A stretch of 64,000 bases of DNA from a virus (lineage: Duplodnaviria > Caudoviricetes), in the IMG/VR virus record IMGVR_UViG_3300043120_000039, positions 1 through 64,000 of that record, one strand, 5' to 3'. Each line of letters starts with the position of its first letter. Within the stretch, counting starts at the first letter, position 1. Of this stretch, positions 41,132-52,601 are shown one piece after another. Position numbers and translations under genes: made by a program. The notes under the pieces were generated by a model. That model ran no database searches and was not told the origin of the DNA. It saw only the letters and a list, made by a program, of their open reading frames with translations.

Positions 41132-42268
41132 TTATTTAGATTGTTTGTTACGACGATTTTTTAGAATTTCAGCAACAGCATCTTTGGCTTTACTGATGTC
41201 AGAGGTCACTTCAACTTGACCATCCAGACCATGTTCTGCTTCACCAACAGCTTTCTTAATTTCTTCTACACGAGCATTCATGGCTTCCATAGCTTTAATA
41301 AGAACATCTGATGCTTCAGCTTTAAACAATGCTTCTACAACTTCTTCTGTATTTTCTACAGATTCCCAACCTTTAACTACTTCAGAAAGGTCAGCTTTAG
41401 CTTGTTCAATACGTTCAACTTCAGCAGCTTTCTCAATTTCAAGTGCTTTAGCTTCAGCAGCTTCACGAGCTTTCTGTTCAGCTTTCAAAAGTTCTTGCAT
41501 GTCAGCCAGAGACTTATTGAGGGCTTCTACATCCAACTCTGGAGTTTTGACTTCTTCGGTCATAGTATCCTCTTTATTTTTGGTGATACCCGTATCAGGG
41601 TGTTCTACGTTAACGTTCGATTCTAATACGGGATCAGAATCTGTTTCCTCAGAAGACTTATTAACACCTTCTTGAGAGGAAATTTCTGAAAAACCTTCAA
41701 CCAATGATTTCAAAACACCTAAGTCTTCGGTGTTCTCACCAGCTTCAAAAGCTTTTTCCATAATTACCAGCAAGCCTTCTTCAATTTGATCTTCAGCTTC
41801 TTCTGATAATTTCATCTTACCTGATTGAATGGTAAACATATTAAGGTGGATAGCTTTTTCAGCTAGTTTATCTAGCATTACTTCACCTGTAGTTACATCA
41901 TACTCATAACCTACAGCATATACACCTTTGCAGTTTGAGAAATAAATTGTTGTATCATTAAAATCAACAATCCAAATCCATTCGTCATCATCACTAAACT
42001 GCTTACGTACAGCATGTTCAATAAACCGACGTTTATTCTCAATCAGACCAAAATCTTTATTTACTTCTTCAAGTCCAAGTTCTTTAATTGCTTTCAAAAC
42101 TTCTTCACCTACTTCTTCTGCTTTGAAGAGGAAACTTGTGTTATGACCTGATGCAGCACCACCTTGGATAGGAAGTGTATACGCAATATGAGGACCACAT
42201 TTGGTTGCTTCTTTGTCGAAGTCAAATGTGACATCCTTAATTAATTTCTTAGGCTGCTTCACTTTCAC
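41132..42268 (-). CDS. Scaffold/prohead core protein
   Basis: QGGAA.G N-terminal motif; acidic coiled-coil C-terminus with KA/KS repeats. Confidence 0.7.
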   Translation of the reverse strand: MKVKQPKKLIKDVTFDFDKEATKCGPHIAYTLPIQGGAASGHNTSFLFKAEEVGEEVLKAIKELGLEEVNKDFGLIENKRRFIEHAVRKQFSDDDEWIWIVDFNDTTIYFSNCKGVYAVGYEYDVTTGEVMLDKLAEKAIHLNMFTIQSGKMKLSEEAEDQIEEGLLVIMEKAFEAGENTEDLGVLKSLVEGFSEISSQEGVNKSSEETDSDPVLESNVNVEHPDTGITKNKEDTMTEEVKTPELDVEALNKSLADMQELLKAEQKAREAAEAKALEIEKAAEVERIEQAKADLSEVVKGWESVENTEEVVEALFKAEASDVLIKAMEAMNARVEEIKKAVGEAEHGLDGQVEVTSDISKAKDAVAEILKNRRNKQSK

Positions 42269-42911
42269 TTTCCTCTTCTTTATAATCTGGGTTATCTACA
42301 ACAGCACCAAGAGCACCAATGCTAAGACCTGTTAATTTACCAGACTTACGTAATTCCCAAAGCTTGTCATCTACAAATTGTACTTTGATAATAGGCATAC
42401 CTTCTGGTACAATCTCATCACCTATAATACAATCACATTCATTAACCCAAGCTTTTACGAAATAGAAACCGTCTGTATTAATAGCATGACCAATATTTCC
42501 AGAAATCTTATCAATGTTAGAATTAATGTTATCTACCATTTTACGAATTTCTTCTTCAGTCATACCCTCTTCATGAAGGTCAGCTTCCATCGGTTTACAA
42601 TAGAGAGGTTCGATAGCAATCATTTGCTCTTCATTAAATTTAACAATTTGTTGAAGATTATTTGCAGCACCGAAATGTTTTGTGATAAGTTTAGCTAAAC
42701 CCTCTACAAAAGAATTATTCATTGAAGAGTTTTCCTTAGCTTCTTTATTAACTTGACTCAATGCTAAAGGGATAGCCTTCTTCTCAGCCATCCCATCTTT
42801 AATAAGTGCATTGAATACTTTGATAAATTTCTTTACTTTAGAATCAGAAAGATTCTTTAGACTTGGGATATCTTTTCTTGCTTGAGATACAGCATTTGTT
42901 CTATAAGGCAT
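42249..42911 (-). CDS. XkdF-like prohead protease with ChaB-like N-terminus
   Basis: MPY......P; D.H; H; LW...KSG.LTGLSIG motifs. Confidence 0.75.
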   Translation of the reverse strand: MPYRTNAVSQARKDIPSLKNLSDSKVKKFIKVFNALIKDGMAEKKAIPLALSQVNKEAKENSSMNNSFVEGLAKLITKHFGAANNLQQIVKFNEEQMIAIEPLYCKPMEADLHEEGMTEEEIRKMVDNINSNIDKISGNIGHAINTDGFYFVKAWVNECDCIIGDEIVPEGMPIIKVQFVDDKLWELRKSGKLTGLSIGALGAVVDNPDYKEEESESEAA

Positions 42912-42968
42912 ATCTAATCCGTATCTTATAATTTAATTATATCATGTATAACATTGTTAAGCAAGGGT

Positions 42969-44648
42969 TTATTTAAAAATATCAAAACCTTCTTGCAATT
43001 CTTCTGGTAAATCTGATAAATTTATATATTCTCGTTCACCATTATCATGCATTTTATAAATTCCTTTGGCATCTACACGTAGATTATTAAAGGATTTATT
43101 CTCCATGTTAAGGCTACCACCTTGTGCCATTTGAGAATCACCAGTACCACTTGAACCTTGGCTCTCACCTGCTCGTGAGGCACCTTTGCTACCAATCTCC
43201 ATAAGATTAAAGATTTCTTCCTGAGATAAATATTCCATATCTTCTGTATCAAAACCCATCATCTCATGCATCTTAATCATATTTTCTTTAGTAAGAGCAA
43301 TACCATTTACAGATTTAGCACGTTGAATAAGTTTACCTGCTTCGTCATAACTGATCTTATCAATCTCACCAGCTACAATTCGTGGCATATCTTTGTAAGA
43401 TAATCCCATTTCGTTATATACATTCAATAACTCTGGAATAAGGTCGTTGTTTAAACCATCTTCAATAATCTTAATATCACGTTTGATATAGTACATATGC
43501 GTTGCAGATTTAACTTCTGCAGAGTTGTAACTTACACTACCCTCACCAGTTAGAGCATGACCAGCACCAAATACATCAAAGATAGCCTTACGACGTTTCT
43601 GAATAAGTTCTGATGTATTAAACTGACGACCTGCACCGTCGATACCCAGTAGCTTCAGACTATACTCAGCAACACTTGTACTTCTTTCCTGCACATCACT
43701 TGGACGAATAAAGTAAGGTTGTTCGCCAGCATGTACATTTGCAGCATCCAACATCATTTGGTCAAGCATTTGTGCCTCTGGTGATGCAGGGTCATTGGCA
43801 GCTTTCTCAAGAATATCCGCAGGAACAGCCAGTTCAATAATACCAGCTAAATCTTTAGAAGCACCATTGACTTCTAAGTCTTCAAGCAATACTTTTTCTT
43901 TCCAAGCTTTATAACAAGCACGAAGAATAGGTTGACCATAAGGTGTACTATCTGTAGCACTCTCACCAAATAAGATAAACTTCTTACGTGGAATACGTTT
44001 ATATCCAGCGCCAGTAATATCTGCCGAATTGATAAACAAATTATTGTTGAATTTATTCTGGAAGTATTGTGTATTCTGACGGATAGCAAGAATATCCCGT
44101 CCACCTGCAGCAATTTCAAAAGGTGTTGATTCATCTAGACTTAATTGAGGACGATTAGCTAATTTGCGAACCTTCCACATACCAGCATGTTCACCATCAC
44201 CCATTAATTGATAAACTTTCTCTACAATAGAAAAACCTTTCTCTTTGAAAGTCTCAATATTTTTTACAACTTGTAAAAGTGTTTGACCATCTAGATTATT
44301 TAAGTTCCATTCTAGAAATTCTGCAGCACGTTTACTTTTAGCTGATTTCTTGTTGTATTTAATCTTCCAGTTTGTAAAAGCATTCTCCACAAGAATATAA
44401 TGAAGATTAAGTACTGTTGCAATAGCATCATCATTCTTCATTATCTCAAATGTCTTCATTGAATAAGGCCAACGAAGCTCAAAAGGTTGTAATCTATTGA
44501 TGATGTCTTGATAATAAGCAATACCAGATGTACCTGTACGATAACGTCGTATATTCTGTGTGCTTGGTACACCATTAACTTTAGACACCTCAGAGACATT
44601 TGTCTGAGAAGTCTGTTTTGTATTCTTCCGATTTCTACGACGTGACAT
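42969..44648 (-). CDS. Portal protein
   Basis: GFS..EKVY and PYG...LR.CY..W..K motifs; size and position. Confidence 0.88.
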   Translation of the reverse strand: MSRRRNRKNTKQTSQTNVSEVSKVNGVPSTQNIRRYRTGTSGIAYYQDIINRLQPFELRWPYSMKTFEIMKNDDAIATVLNLHYILVENAFTNWKIKYNKKSAKSKRAAEFLEWNLNNLDGQTLLQVVKNIETFKEKGFSIVEKVYQLMGDGEHAGMWKVRKLANRPQLSLDESTPFEIAAGGRDILAIRQNTQYFQNKFNNNLFINSADITGAGYKRIPRKKFILFGESATDSTPYGQPILRACYKAWKEKVLLEDLEVNGASKDLAGIIELAVPADILEKAANDPASPEAQMLDQMMLDAANVHAGEQPYFIRPSDVQERSTSVAEYSLKLLGIDGAGRQFNTSELIQKRRKAIFDVFGAGHALTGEGSVSYNSAEVKSATHMYYIKRDIKIIEDGLNNDLIPELLNVYNEMGLSYKDMPRIVAGEIDKISYDEAGKLIQRAKSVNGIALTKENMIKMHEMMGFDTEDMEYLSQEEIFNLMEIGSKGASRAGESQGSSGTGDSQMAQGGSLNMENKSFNNLRVDAKGIYKMHDNGEREYINLSDLPEELQEGFDIFK

Positions 44649-44665
44649 TTACATCTCCATAAAGA

Positions 44666-45235
44666 TTACTTATCTTCAAAATAACCACGCAACTCAACAA
44701 TCATCTTATCAAAAGGTTGATTCTTACGTAGATTGATATTATAATGTTTGATACAGTAACGTTCTAAAGCATCTTTACTTTTTGCTTTAGCAGAATCATC
44801 ATACATTGCCATAAGGAACTCATAATCAGGAACATTAGAAACTCCTTCAACAGCTTCGTCTGCAATAGTTTCTTCTGTATCATCAACACCCAAAGAAATA
44901 AGCGGGGCGATAGATTCTTCTACAGTTTCTTGGACAACATTTTTGAAAGGGTTCTCATTAAAATAGAGATAGTGTGCAGAAAGATTCTTGAAAGATTTCT
45001 TAAGATCAATGTCAATGCCGAAATCTTCTTTCATTGCAGCAAACATATTGTACCAAGCAAAGTAGTTCTTGTGGTCACCATCCACAAAGAAGATATTATA
45101 TGGAGTAGTAAAACCACAACGATTGACATCGATATCCTTATCTGTAAGAATATTGATGGTTTTCAAAAAGTCATTGTATGTATGACAAGAAACTTTATTA
45201 AGCTCCTCATCGAAAAAATATGGTAACTGTGACAT
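44666..45235 (-). CDS. Hypothetical protein
   Basis: ORF between terminase and portal with GAGG RBS. Confidence 0.55.
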   Translation of the reverse strand: MSQLPYFFDEELNKVSCHTYNDFLKTINILTDKDIDVNRCGFTTPYNIFFVDGDHKNYFAWYNMFAAMKEDFGIDIDLKKSFKNLSAHYLYFNENPFKNVVQETVEESIAPLISLGVDDTEETIADEAVEGVSNVPDYEFLMAMYDDSAKAKSKDALERYCIKHYNINLRKNQPFDKMIVELRGYFEDK

Positions 45236-45399
45236 AAAATCCTCTTAAATTATTATGATATAACCTATTTTAACATAAATGATAATTATTTGCAAAAGAA
45301 ACCCTCTTCCGCACAAAATTAATTGGACAAAAGAGGGTTAATGTGTTGCGATAATGTGGTAATTTTCAGAGAGAACACAAAGAAACACTCTGAAGAGTA

Positions 45400-47119
45400 T
45401 TATCGCATAGATTGTTTCATGTCATGATACTTTGTGCGGACAGATGTTGTTGGGATAGGGACTGGTCTGTGCACTTTGTTTATTTTTATTTGATGGAATG
45501 CATCAGCAGTGGCGTCACAGATATCGTCGTGGACACCAGATATACGCACACTTGGGTCAAATATTTCCAACTCTTCATGGAAAGTTTCATTCCAATCTGC
45601 CTTAACCACACTAACCATCCTATTTTCTGCAATTACTGCAAAAGGTTCAAATGCTTTTAGTTTACGGTTTTTAGTGTTTGATGTCTTCATACGCTTAACT
45701 AAAACACCTGCTGCTGATATATCTCCAATCATCTGGTCACAAGCTGCTTTTCCGCTCGACGATGGATCTTCTGGGATATAGGTTGTAACATTACCCCACT
45801 CTTCTTGATCACGCAACCCAGTTTGTATAATTTCATCCACCACACCGGCATACCTTTTCCTGAACCTAACCACATCAAGGATGTATATATGATGATCCTT
45901 ACCTTGACCCATAAGAACACCAACAGTATAATCAGGGTCTGGGTATTTTTCAGAAGGAATACTCCCAGCCAAGTCATAAGCACGTACTATTTTAACAAGG
46001 TCAGGTACATCATGAAGCATTACTGTTTCAGTCCACTCCCTCTTATATAAACCTGCTGCTGTTTCCTGTACAAGCCATGCACCGTTAAGTAGCCTCATCC
46101 TTTCAATACGAGGTAAGGATTTAAGACGTGAGACGTACAATGGATCATGCTCCAAAAGAATTGGATTGTCTTCACAAGTTGCTGAAATAAAACGAAAACT
46201 CATAGGCCCAGAATCTTCGCCATATTGTGAAACAAGTTCTTCTCTTGAATCACCCCAGATCATGTCATTACCTTGCCGGATAAACCACTTTTCTACACCA
46301 TCCATCTCTGGTTTAGGTATTCCATAGTTCTTTTCATCGAGATAACCTGCCGCCTGCAGCCATTTTCTTAGGTAGCAATTAAATTCTGGGTTGCACGTAA
46401 TCTTCATAACAGGCTTCATATTTGCCATAGTACGCATACGTGATATAAAATAAACCACCTGAGATTCAAGCATCTGCTGACCCTCATCAATGAGGAACGC
46501 TGCTACCTGCCAGCCTTGAAAATTGTGCTTATCGCTTTCTTTCTCGCAGTGACACATCTTAATTTCGGCACCGCTAGGAAATTTAAACTCCATTGTAGAA
46601 GGTTTGACATGTACAGAAGGACAAGCTTCTTTATACATATTCTGTGCCGTATCTAAAAGACCACCCACACCTTTAATCATCGGGGTTGTTCTTCGAACCA
46701 TTACCCCCCTAAATTCTGGCATATGAACATATTGAAGCATATCCATAATACCAAGATAGGATTTACCTGAACCCTTTTATCTTACAGTCGCTACACTGTT
46801 TCTAATGTTTCCACTAGGATCGGACTATATCTTCCGTCTTATAGACAGCCTCCTGTTTCGAAATCGCTTGATTCCTACTCTACTCCATTATATACTTTGT
46901 ATATTGTTTCGATAGTCTCTGAACGTTGAATCACTTAATGTGAAACCTTCGCTGCTGATTGCCCTCGGCTTAACGTTAGGGTTCCCAGACAATTAAAGAG
47001 GTATATTAAAGCGCAACCAGTTTGGTAAATTTAGCAGCGCCACCAAAAACTGTAATATCAGATTTTGATTGTAAGAACATAGCCTGCTTCTGAGAAGCAG
47101 GACCAAGTTTTTTAGTCAT
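45400..47119 (-). CDS. terL: Terminase large subunit, spliced: join(47119-47033, 46773-45400), about 486 aa
   Basis: Splicing restores Walker A GGAA|GSGKS; also IDE Walker B, TCNP, YDLA and HDD.CDA nuclease motifs. Confidence 0.93.
46774..47032 (-). mobile_element. Group I intron in terL (259 nt, no ORF)
   Basis: P1 gcgcugcu/gguugcgc with U-G; CAGAGACUA and AAGAUAUAGUCC P7 elements; terminal G. Confidence 0.9.
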
Positions 47120-47969
47120 AAATTATTTCCTCTGGCAATTCGTGCTCACATATCTCGAAATTGTTATTCTTTGCAATATTCTCTTTTAAATCCATTAACT
47201 GTAGGTTATATTCACAGTGTAATCCACAAACTAAAGGGTGTGTTAATGGTATGATGTGGTCTATGGATTGATTGAAATATTGAGCTTCAGTATAGAAAGA
47301 TTTTATGATATCTTGGTCAGCCCAACAAGGTGTTGCATTTTTAATGGAAGCTCTCCTCTTGGAAGCATAATAGGCTATTTTATCTTTATTTTTAGCTCTC
47401 CATAATTTAGCTTTCTCTGCAATCAACTCTTTATTAGCATGATAATATCTATTTGCTCTTTCCCTAGTAAGTTCTGGGTATCTTTCTCTGTACCTTTTAC
47501 AAGATTCTTTAACCTTATCAGGGTTCTTTCTACGATACTCTCTATCTATTTCACGGTAATGTTCAGGATTCTCCCAGTAACGCTCCCTTTTTCTTCTTGA
47601 TACATCTTCTCGATGTTCTTTCTGATAATTACTAGTTCTCTCTATCACTTTCTCACTATTTTGCTCATAATAATCCCTATTTGAAGAATTATAACAATCT
47701 TTACACCTATCCCTCAAACCAGTTGGTGTATCTGACCTCTTATGAAATTCTGAATTATGTTTTTCAGTGTTACAGTCAGAACATATTTTATACTCTGGAA
47801 TATTCTTCTCTGAATCAATATACTCTTGACGTTTAGCTTTCTCCCTTCTTTTTGTACAACCTTTACACGGCTGTCTTACTCGACCTGTAGTACTTTTATT
47901 ATTTTTATAGAAATCTTCTCTTGGTTTATTTTCCTTACAGGAATTACAGGTAAACATATCTTCTTCCAA
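47112..47969 (-). CDS. Free-standing HNH endonuclease
   Basis: CxxC zinc modules, basic repeats, DHIIPL...VCGLH...NLQ; stop overlaps the terL start. Confidence 0.85.
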   Translation of the reverse strand: MEEDMFTCNSCKENKPREDFYKNNKSTTGRVRQPCKGCTKRREKAKRQEYIDSEKNIPEYKICSDCNTEKHNSEFHKRSDTPTGLRDRCKDCYNSSNRDYYEQNSEKVIERTSNYQKEHREDVSRRKRERYWENPEHYREIDREYRRKNPDKVKESCKRYRERYPELTRERANRYYHANKELIAEKAKLWRAKNKDKIAYYASKRRASIKNATPCWADQDIIKSFYTEAQYFNQSIDHIIPLTHPLVCGLHCEYNLQLMDLKENIAKNNNFEICEHELPEEIIYD

Positions 47970-49027
47970 AACTTTACTTCCTCAAATACAGAAAGGCTGC
48001 ACTAAGGCAACCTTTTCTCAAACAATCTTAACCTTATATATTAACACTCTCGTGCCATACATCCTACACAGATATAATAATCACCATCTTCTTCCATAAT
48101 CATATTCTGCTTTTGAGCATAACCTACGATTTGTTCAAAGTAATCATTCTCTGCTAAGCAGCAAGGACAAATCTTATCACGAATATCTTCTGCCATTGAC
48201 AAAAGGTTATCTTTGTTAAAAGGCTTACCTTTCACCAGTTTCTTGCATCCATTGAAATAATCTTTTGCTTTAATGTTAGACATTTCTTTAAATGTTAAAA
48301 TTCCATCGCCATCTTGGATGAAAACTGCGTAATCTAGTTTCACTCTACTTCTCCTCTTATGTTAAGTGTATACACCATTCTAACCCAAATATCAATTTCT
48401 TGCAAGTTATTGCAAATCTTACTCACCTCCAAACATATCTATTTGTTCTTCTTCTGTACCAAGCACACTTTTCTTAGAAGGTTTGGTTTTCTCAAAAGTT
48501 TTAATCTTCTTCAAAAGTTTCTCATATTCTGAAAAGAGGACAAACTTACCAGAAGTAGACTTCTCCATGCATAGACCAAACTCACCTCTACGATCTGATA
48601 CTGTACAATTATAGCGTTTTGTCATATTAAATTCCTTATAGTGGAAACACTAACTCATCACCGTCACGATCTTCTTGATAGGACTTGAGTGCTTCTTCCA
48701 TCTTATCAATATCTTTAACCGATGACCAATCAATACGGTTATGCATATCCTTAACTGGTACAAAATAACTGGCATCTTGAAAAGTCGGCTTGTTATTTGA
48801 TAATCCAAATTTAAGGTCATATGGGCGAATATAATCGCTACCCCCACTGCATTCTTCTAGATAAATGTACTCACATTCATCTTCATGGAAAGATACCTTA
48901 TTTTCTCCAACAAAGTCTTTTAAGTCTTGATAACCACTATCAAATGGTTCAAACACCAGACCACTTTCATCTACTTCACTATAACTCTCAAGTTTCTTAG
49001 CTTTAAATATATAGTTATAATAACTCA

Positions 49028-49507
49028 TCATTCTTCTCCTAAAATTTCAATTGCTTGTTCAGTGTACTCTTTCGTCAAACCTTCCTCACCTTGAATATGA
49101 ACAAAGTTGTTTCGTTGACTGTACAACATATCTGAGTCATCGTCAAGAATTACATAATCATAAAAGTCATAATGGTGACATCCAAGTAAGTTTTGATTAT
49201 CTTGAATCCATTTTAAGATTTCATTACCTCTGACGACAAACTTATCTGTGTAAGAGTCTGTCTTACCAATAACTTCACCTTTAACACCCATATGTGTTAG
49301 AAGGTATTGAAGTCTTTCTACTGATTCACCTAACCTCCAAGTAGAAGACACTACAATCTTAACACCTGTGCGTTTAAGAATCCTATTCAAATTCCCAACA
49401 AGATGTGGTTGATATGGGTAATATTCTCCGTCAATTTCAGGGATATATTCACTTAAAATAGAATCGCTATTAAAAACACCATCAATGTCAAGGAAGATTA
49501 TTTTCAT
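49028..49507 (-). CDS. HAD phosphatase (RNA-repair-associated, HAD_SAK_2-like)
   Basis: FLDIDGV, VVSSTWR, RG.EI and YVILDDD motifs. Confidence 0.85.
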   Translation of the reverse strand: MKIIFLDIDGVFNSDSILSEYIPEIDGEYYPYQPHLVGNLNRILKRTGVKIVVSSTWRLGESVERLQYLLTHMGVKGEVIGKTDSYTDKFVVRGNEILKWIQDNQNLLGCHHYDFYDYVILDDDSDMLYSQRNNFVHIQGEEGLTKEYTEQAIEILGEE

Positions 49508-50087
49508 TTACGCTGCCTCATATTCATCAAAACAACTCCTTATCAAACCAACCATTCTTAATCAACCAACTTGTCACCAAAGCATACCCACCTGCACAAA
49601 GGGAGAATATTGTTAAATTAACTAGATTACCTACAAAAGGTACACTTGCAAGAAGTACAACTCCTGCAAAGATGTACAGACACATTACGATAAATATTAC
49701 TACAGTTTTAAACATCTTTATTATCCTCCCAACGAGATTTAAATTCTTCACCCACAATATCTTCCCAATCTGAACTATCCTCTTCATGAGTTTCTTTGTC
49801 ACTACTCATGAAATCACCAATATTCACAAAAGGTTTGGTCTTCAACTCAGCAAGACACTCCCAACAAATATATCCATGTTCGTGTGAATAGTTATCACAC
49901 ATAATGTTTTCACAACCTCTACGGTCACAAGCTAATACTCCCATTTAAAATCTCCTCTCTATAAAAACTCCCCTTACTTTACCAACACGAATACTCTTTG
50001 TAAACAATAAATTTTCAAATAAATTCTCTTGACAGAAAGTTTTCATATGTTAAGATGAGTTGTAATTTGAACAGAAGGAGAGGGATT

Positions 50088-50426
50088 ATGAAATTTTATC
50101 ACGGCACATCAAGTCTAGCACCTATCAAGGATAAAATTCTTCCACCAGACAATCATAATTTTGGTATTAATGAGTCTGGCAGGACTAAACATGTACAAAA
50201 GGTGTTTTTCACAACAGTTAAAGGTTATGCCGAGAAGTATGCCCGTACAGCTTGTAAGCGCGTTGGAGGAGAGCCAGTAGTCTATGAAGTGCTCCCTTTA
50301 AGACCGAAGCTAATGGTCAGGGTAAAAGGATGTGATATCTACTATGACAATGAGGCAATTGTCTATGAGAAACTAAAAGTAGGAATTTTTGATAACATTG
50401 TCTCACAGAGAAAATATAAAAGGTGA
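50088..50426 (+). CDS. ADP-ribosyltransferase-like protein
   Basis: YHGTS, VFFTT...YA..YA and VYEV pattern. Confidence 0.55.
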   Translation: MKFYHGTSSLAPIKDKILPPDNHNFGINESGRTKHVQKVFFTTVKGYAEKYARTACKRVGGEPVVYEVLPLRPKLMVRVKGCDIYYDNEAIVYEKLKVGIFDNIVSQRKYKR

Positions 50427-50630
50427 ATCCATGCAAGGATTAACAAAACAACAAATTATTAAAGAGTTATGTACACTTTCTACAGAAGTAAATGAGAAAG
50501 TGTTTGAATATTCTGTATCAACAGATTGTTTTTGCACAAAAGATGCGTCTTCTGATTATAGATTCAATCAAGAAGTATTAGAGTTTATCAAAGCTGCTGT
50601 TGTAGAGAAGATTAAGAAAGGAGAATAATT

Positions 50631-51113
50631 GTGAATTATACATTGGATAAATTAAGAGCTTTTGAATCTAAGATGAGCAGTCTTATTGTTGTAGCGCATC
50701 ATGAACAAAAGTATGGTGACAAACCCTACACTTACCATCTACGTATGGTTGCTGAGAAAGCACATGAATTGTTTGGTGAAGGTAAGATACATAACCCTAC
50801 AATCGGAGATGTAAAGTTAGCTACAGCTTCCCTTGGGCACGATTTGTATGAAGATACTTATGTTACTAAGGAATCTTTACTTGAAGCTGGTTATGACTCC
50901 GAGATTGTACAAGCAATTGATCTTGTCACCAAGAAAGAAGGATTATCTTACAAAGATTATCTACGTAATCTATCAAAAGATGAACTTGCTTGGAAAGTTA
51001 AAGTTGCAGATACTTATTCTAATCTTACAGAAAGTATTAAGGTTTCAGATGTGAAACGTGTACGGAAGTATTCTACACAATTGGAATTGTTGTATAAATT
51101 TAAAGATTTTTAA
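50631..51113 (+). CDS. HD-domain (p)ppGpp-hydrolase-like protein (SpoT/MESH1-like)
   Basis: H..Q...KPY..HL, HD..EDT and VK.AD...N motifs. Confidence 0.8.
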   Translation: MNYTLDKLRAFESKMSSLIVVAHHEQKYGDKPYTYHLRMVAEKAHELFGEGKIHNPTIGDVKLATASLGHDLYEDTYVTKESLLEAGYDSEIVQAIDLVTKKEGLSYKDYLRNLSKDELAWKVKVADTYSNLTESIKVSDVKRVRKYSTQLELLYKFKDF

Positions 51114-51123
51114 GAGGTAAATA

Positions 51124-51696
51124 ATGTTTGGAAGAAAATTTAACACAGAAGAACAAGATATTTGGGTAACAAGTGATTTACATTTTGACCATGGTAATAT
51201 TTTACACTTCTGTCCAAAAACACGTAATTTCAAGAATACTAATTCCATGAATGAGGCTTTGATTACCGAATGGAATACTAAGGTTAAACCAGAAGATTAC
51301 ATTATCCATCTTGGAGATTTCTGCTTTAAAGGTGTGGAGGTAACAAGTAGCTTCTTACAACGCTTGAATGGTAAGAAAATTATGATCCATGGAAATCATG
51401 ACAAATCACTACGTAATGGTATTGCTGATGGTAAGTTTGGTATTGTCTGGAAAGGTGATTATCTTGAGATACAGATTGATAAACAAAAAGTAGTTCTATG
51501 CCACTACCCCCTCACCACTTGGAATAATGCTGGGCGGGGAAGTTTACAATTGTTCGGCCACTGTCACGGGTCTCTTCCTGAACCTAAAGGTAGACAAATT
51601 GATGTTGGGTATGATAATCTTGGTGAAATTAAGAACATTAAAGAAATTATGAAGATTCTTAACAAGAAAGAAATTTATTCACCTGACCAACACTAG
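51124..51696 (+). CDS. Calcineurin-like metallophosphoesterase
   Basis: SDLH, LGDF, GNHD, HYP and GH.H motifs. Confidence 0.88.
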   Translation: MFGRKFNTEEQDIWVTSDLHFDHGNILHFCPKTRNFKNTNSMNEALITEWNTKVKPEDYIIHLGDFCFKGVEVTSSFLQRLNGKKIMIHGNHDKSLRNGIADGKFGIVWKGDYLEIQIDKQKVVLCHYPLTTWNNAGRGSLQLFGHCHGSLPEPKGRQIDVGYDNLGEIKNIKEIMKILNKKEIYSPDQH

Positions 51697-51706
51697 GAGA
51701 ACTAAT

Positions 51707-52600
51707 ATGAAATTAGATGTATCTGACCTTATCGAAAAGGGTCTAGTTATTAAGAAAACTTACACCGAAGGTAAATATAAAGGTTTGTCAGTCCTTAAAT
51801 ATCATCGAAAGGTTTTCTACAATAATCTGTGGCATATTGACGAGCGACTGCTTGAATGCCGAGGAACTGTTGTAGATGAAGCTTGGAATGTTATTGTACT
51901 GCCTTTCCGTAAGGTGTTTAATTTTGGTGAGAATGGAACAACTGTTGACCCTGAGCAAGTGGTGATCTGTCCTCGTAAAGTAAACGGTTATATGCTTTCT
52001 GTAACTTATAATAAAGCTTATGGTTATATTGTATCTACAACAGGAAGTCTTGATTCTGAGTATGTTAAACTTGGTGAAGAGTGGCTAGAAACAATTAACA
52101 AGGATGCTCTATATGAAGAAGGTGTTACCCATATATTTGAAGTTTGCGATAAACGTGACCCTCACATTGTAGAGGAAAATGAAGGTATTTATCTAATAGG
52201 ACGTAGGTATCATGACACAGGTAAAATGTCATCAGAATATTTTCTAAATGGGCTATCCAAGGCTGCTGAATGTAGGCGTGGTGAGTTGTGGGTAGGTAAA
52301 TTTAAAGATCTACCTACTGACGTTAATCATGAGGGGTATATGGTTAAGGATTACTTCACAGAAGAGGTTCTTTGTAAATTAAAATCACCACACTACCTCT
52401 CTAAGAAAGCAATTATGCGTCTTGGTAAAGCTAAAGTGGACATTTTGTTTGATAAACCAGACTTGTTTAAACAACGAATTGATGAAGAATTTTATGAGTT
52501 CGTAGACTATCTTGCAGAAAATGTTGACAAGGAAGTATGGCGTTCTTATAATGATCAACAACGACGAGAATTTATTGAGAGGTATTATTATGGAGAATAA
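51707..52600 (+). CDS. RNA ligase 1 (T4 RnlA-like)
   Basis: ECRG, F.KVFN..E, KVNG, EG.V and KLKS..Y motifs. Confidence 0.85.
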   Translation: MKLDVSDLIEKGLVIKKTYTEGKYKGLSVLKYHRKVFYNNLWHIDERLLECRGTVVDEAWNVIVLPFRKVFNFGENGTTVDPEQVVICPRKVNGYMLSVTYNKAYGYIVSTTGSLDSEYVKLGEEWLETINKDALYEEGVTHIFEVCDKRDPHIVEENEGIYLIGRRYHDTGKMSSEYFLNGLSKAAECRRGELWVGKFKDLPTDVNHEGYMVKDYFTEEVLCKLKSPHYLSKKAIMRLGKAKVDILFDKPDLFKQRIDEEFYEFVDYLAENVDKEVWRSYNDQQRREFIERYYYGE

Positions 52601-52601
52601 A

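Noticed and set aside
13345-41675. Many antisense ORFs over structural genes (e.g. 13345-13824, 14618-15031, 41280-41675)
   Set aside because: Shadow frames of codon-biased genes, without RBS or recognisable motifs
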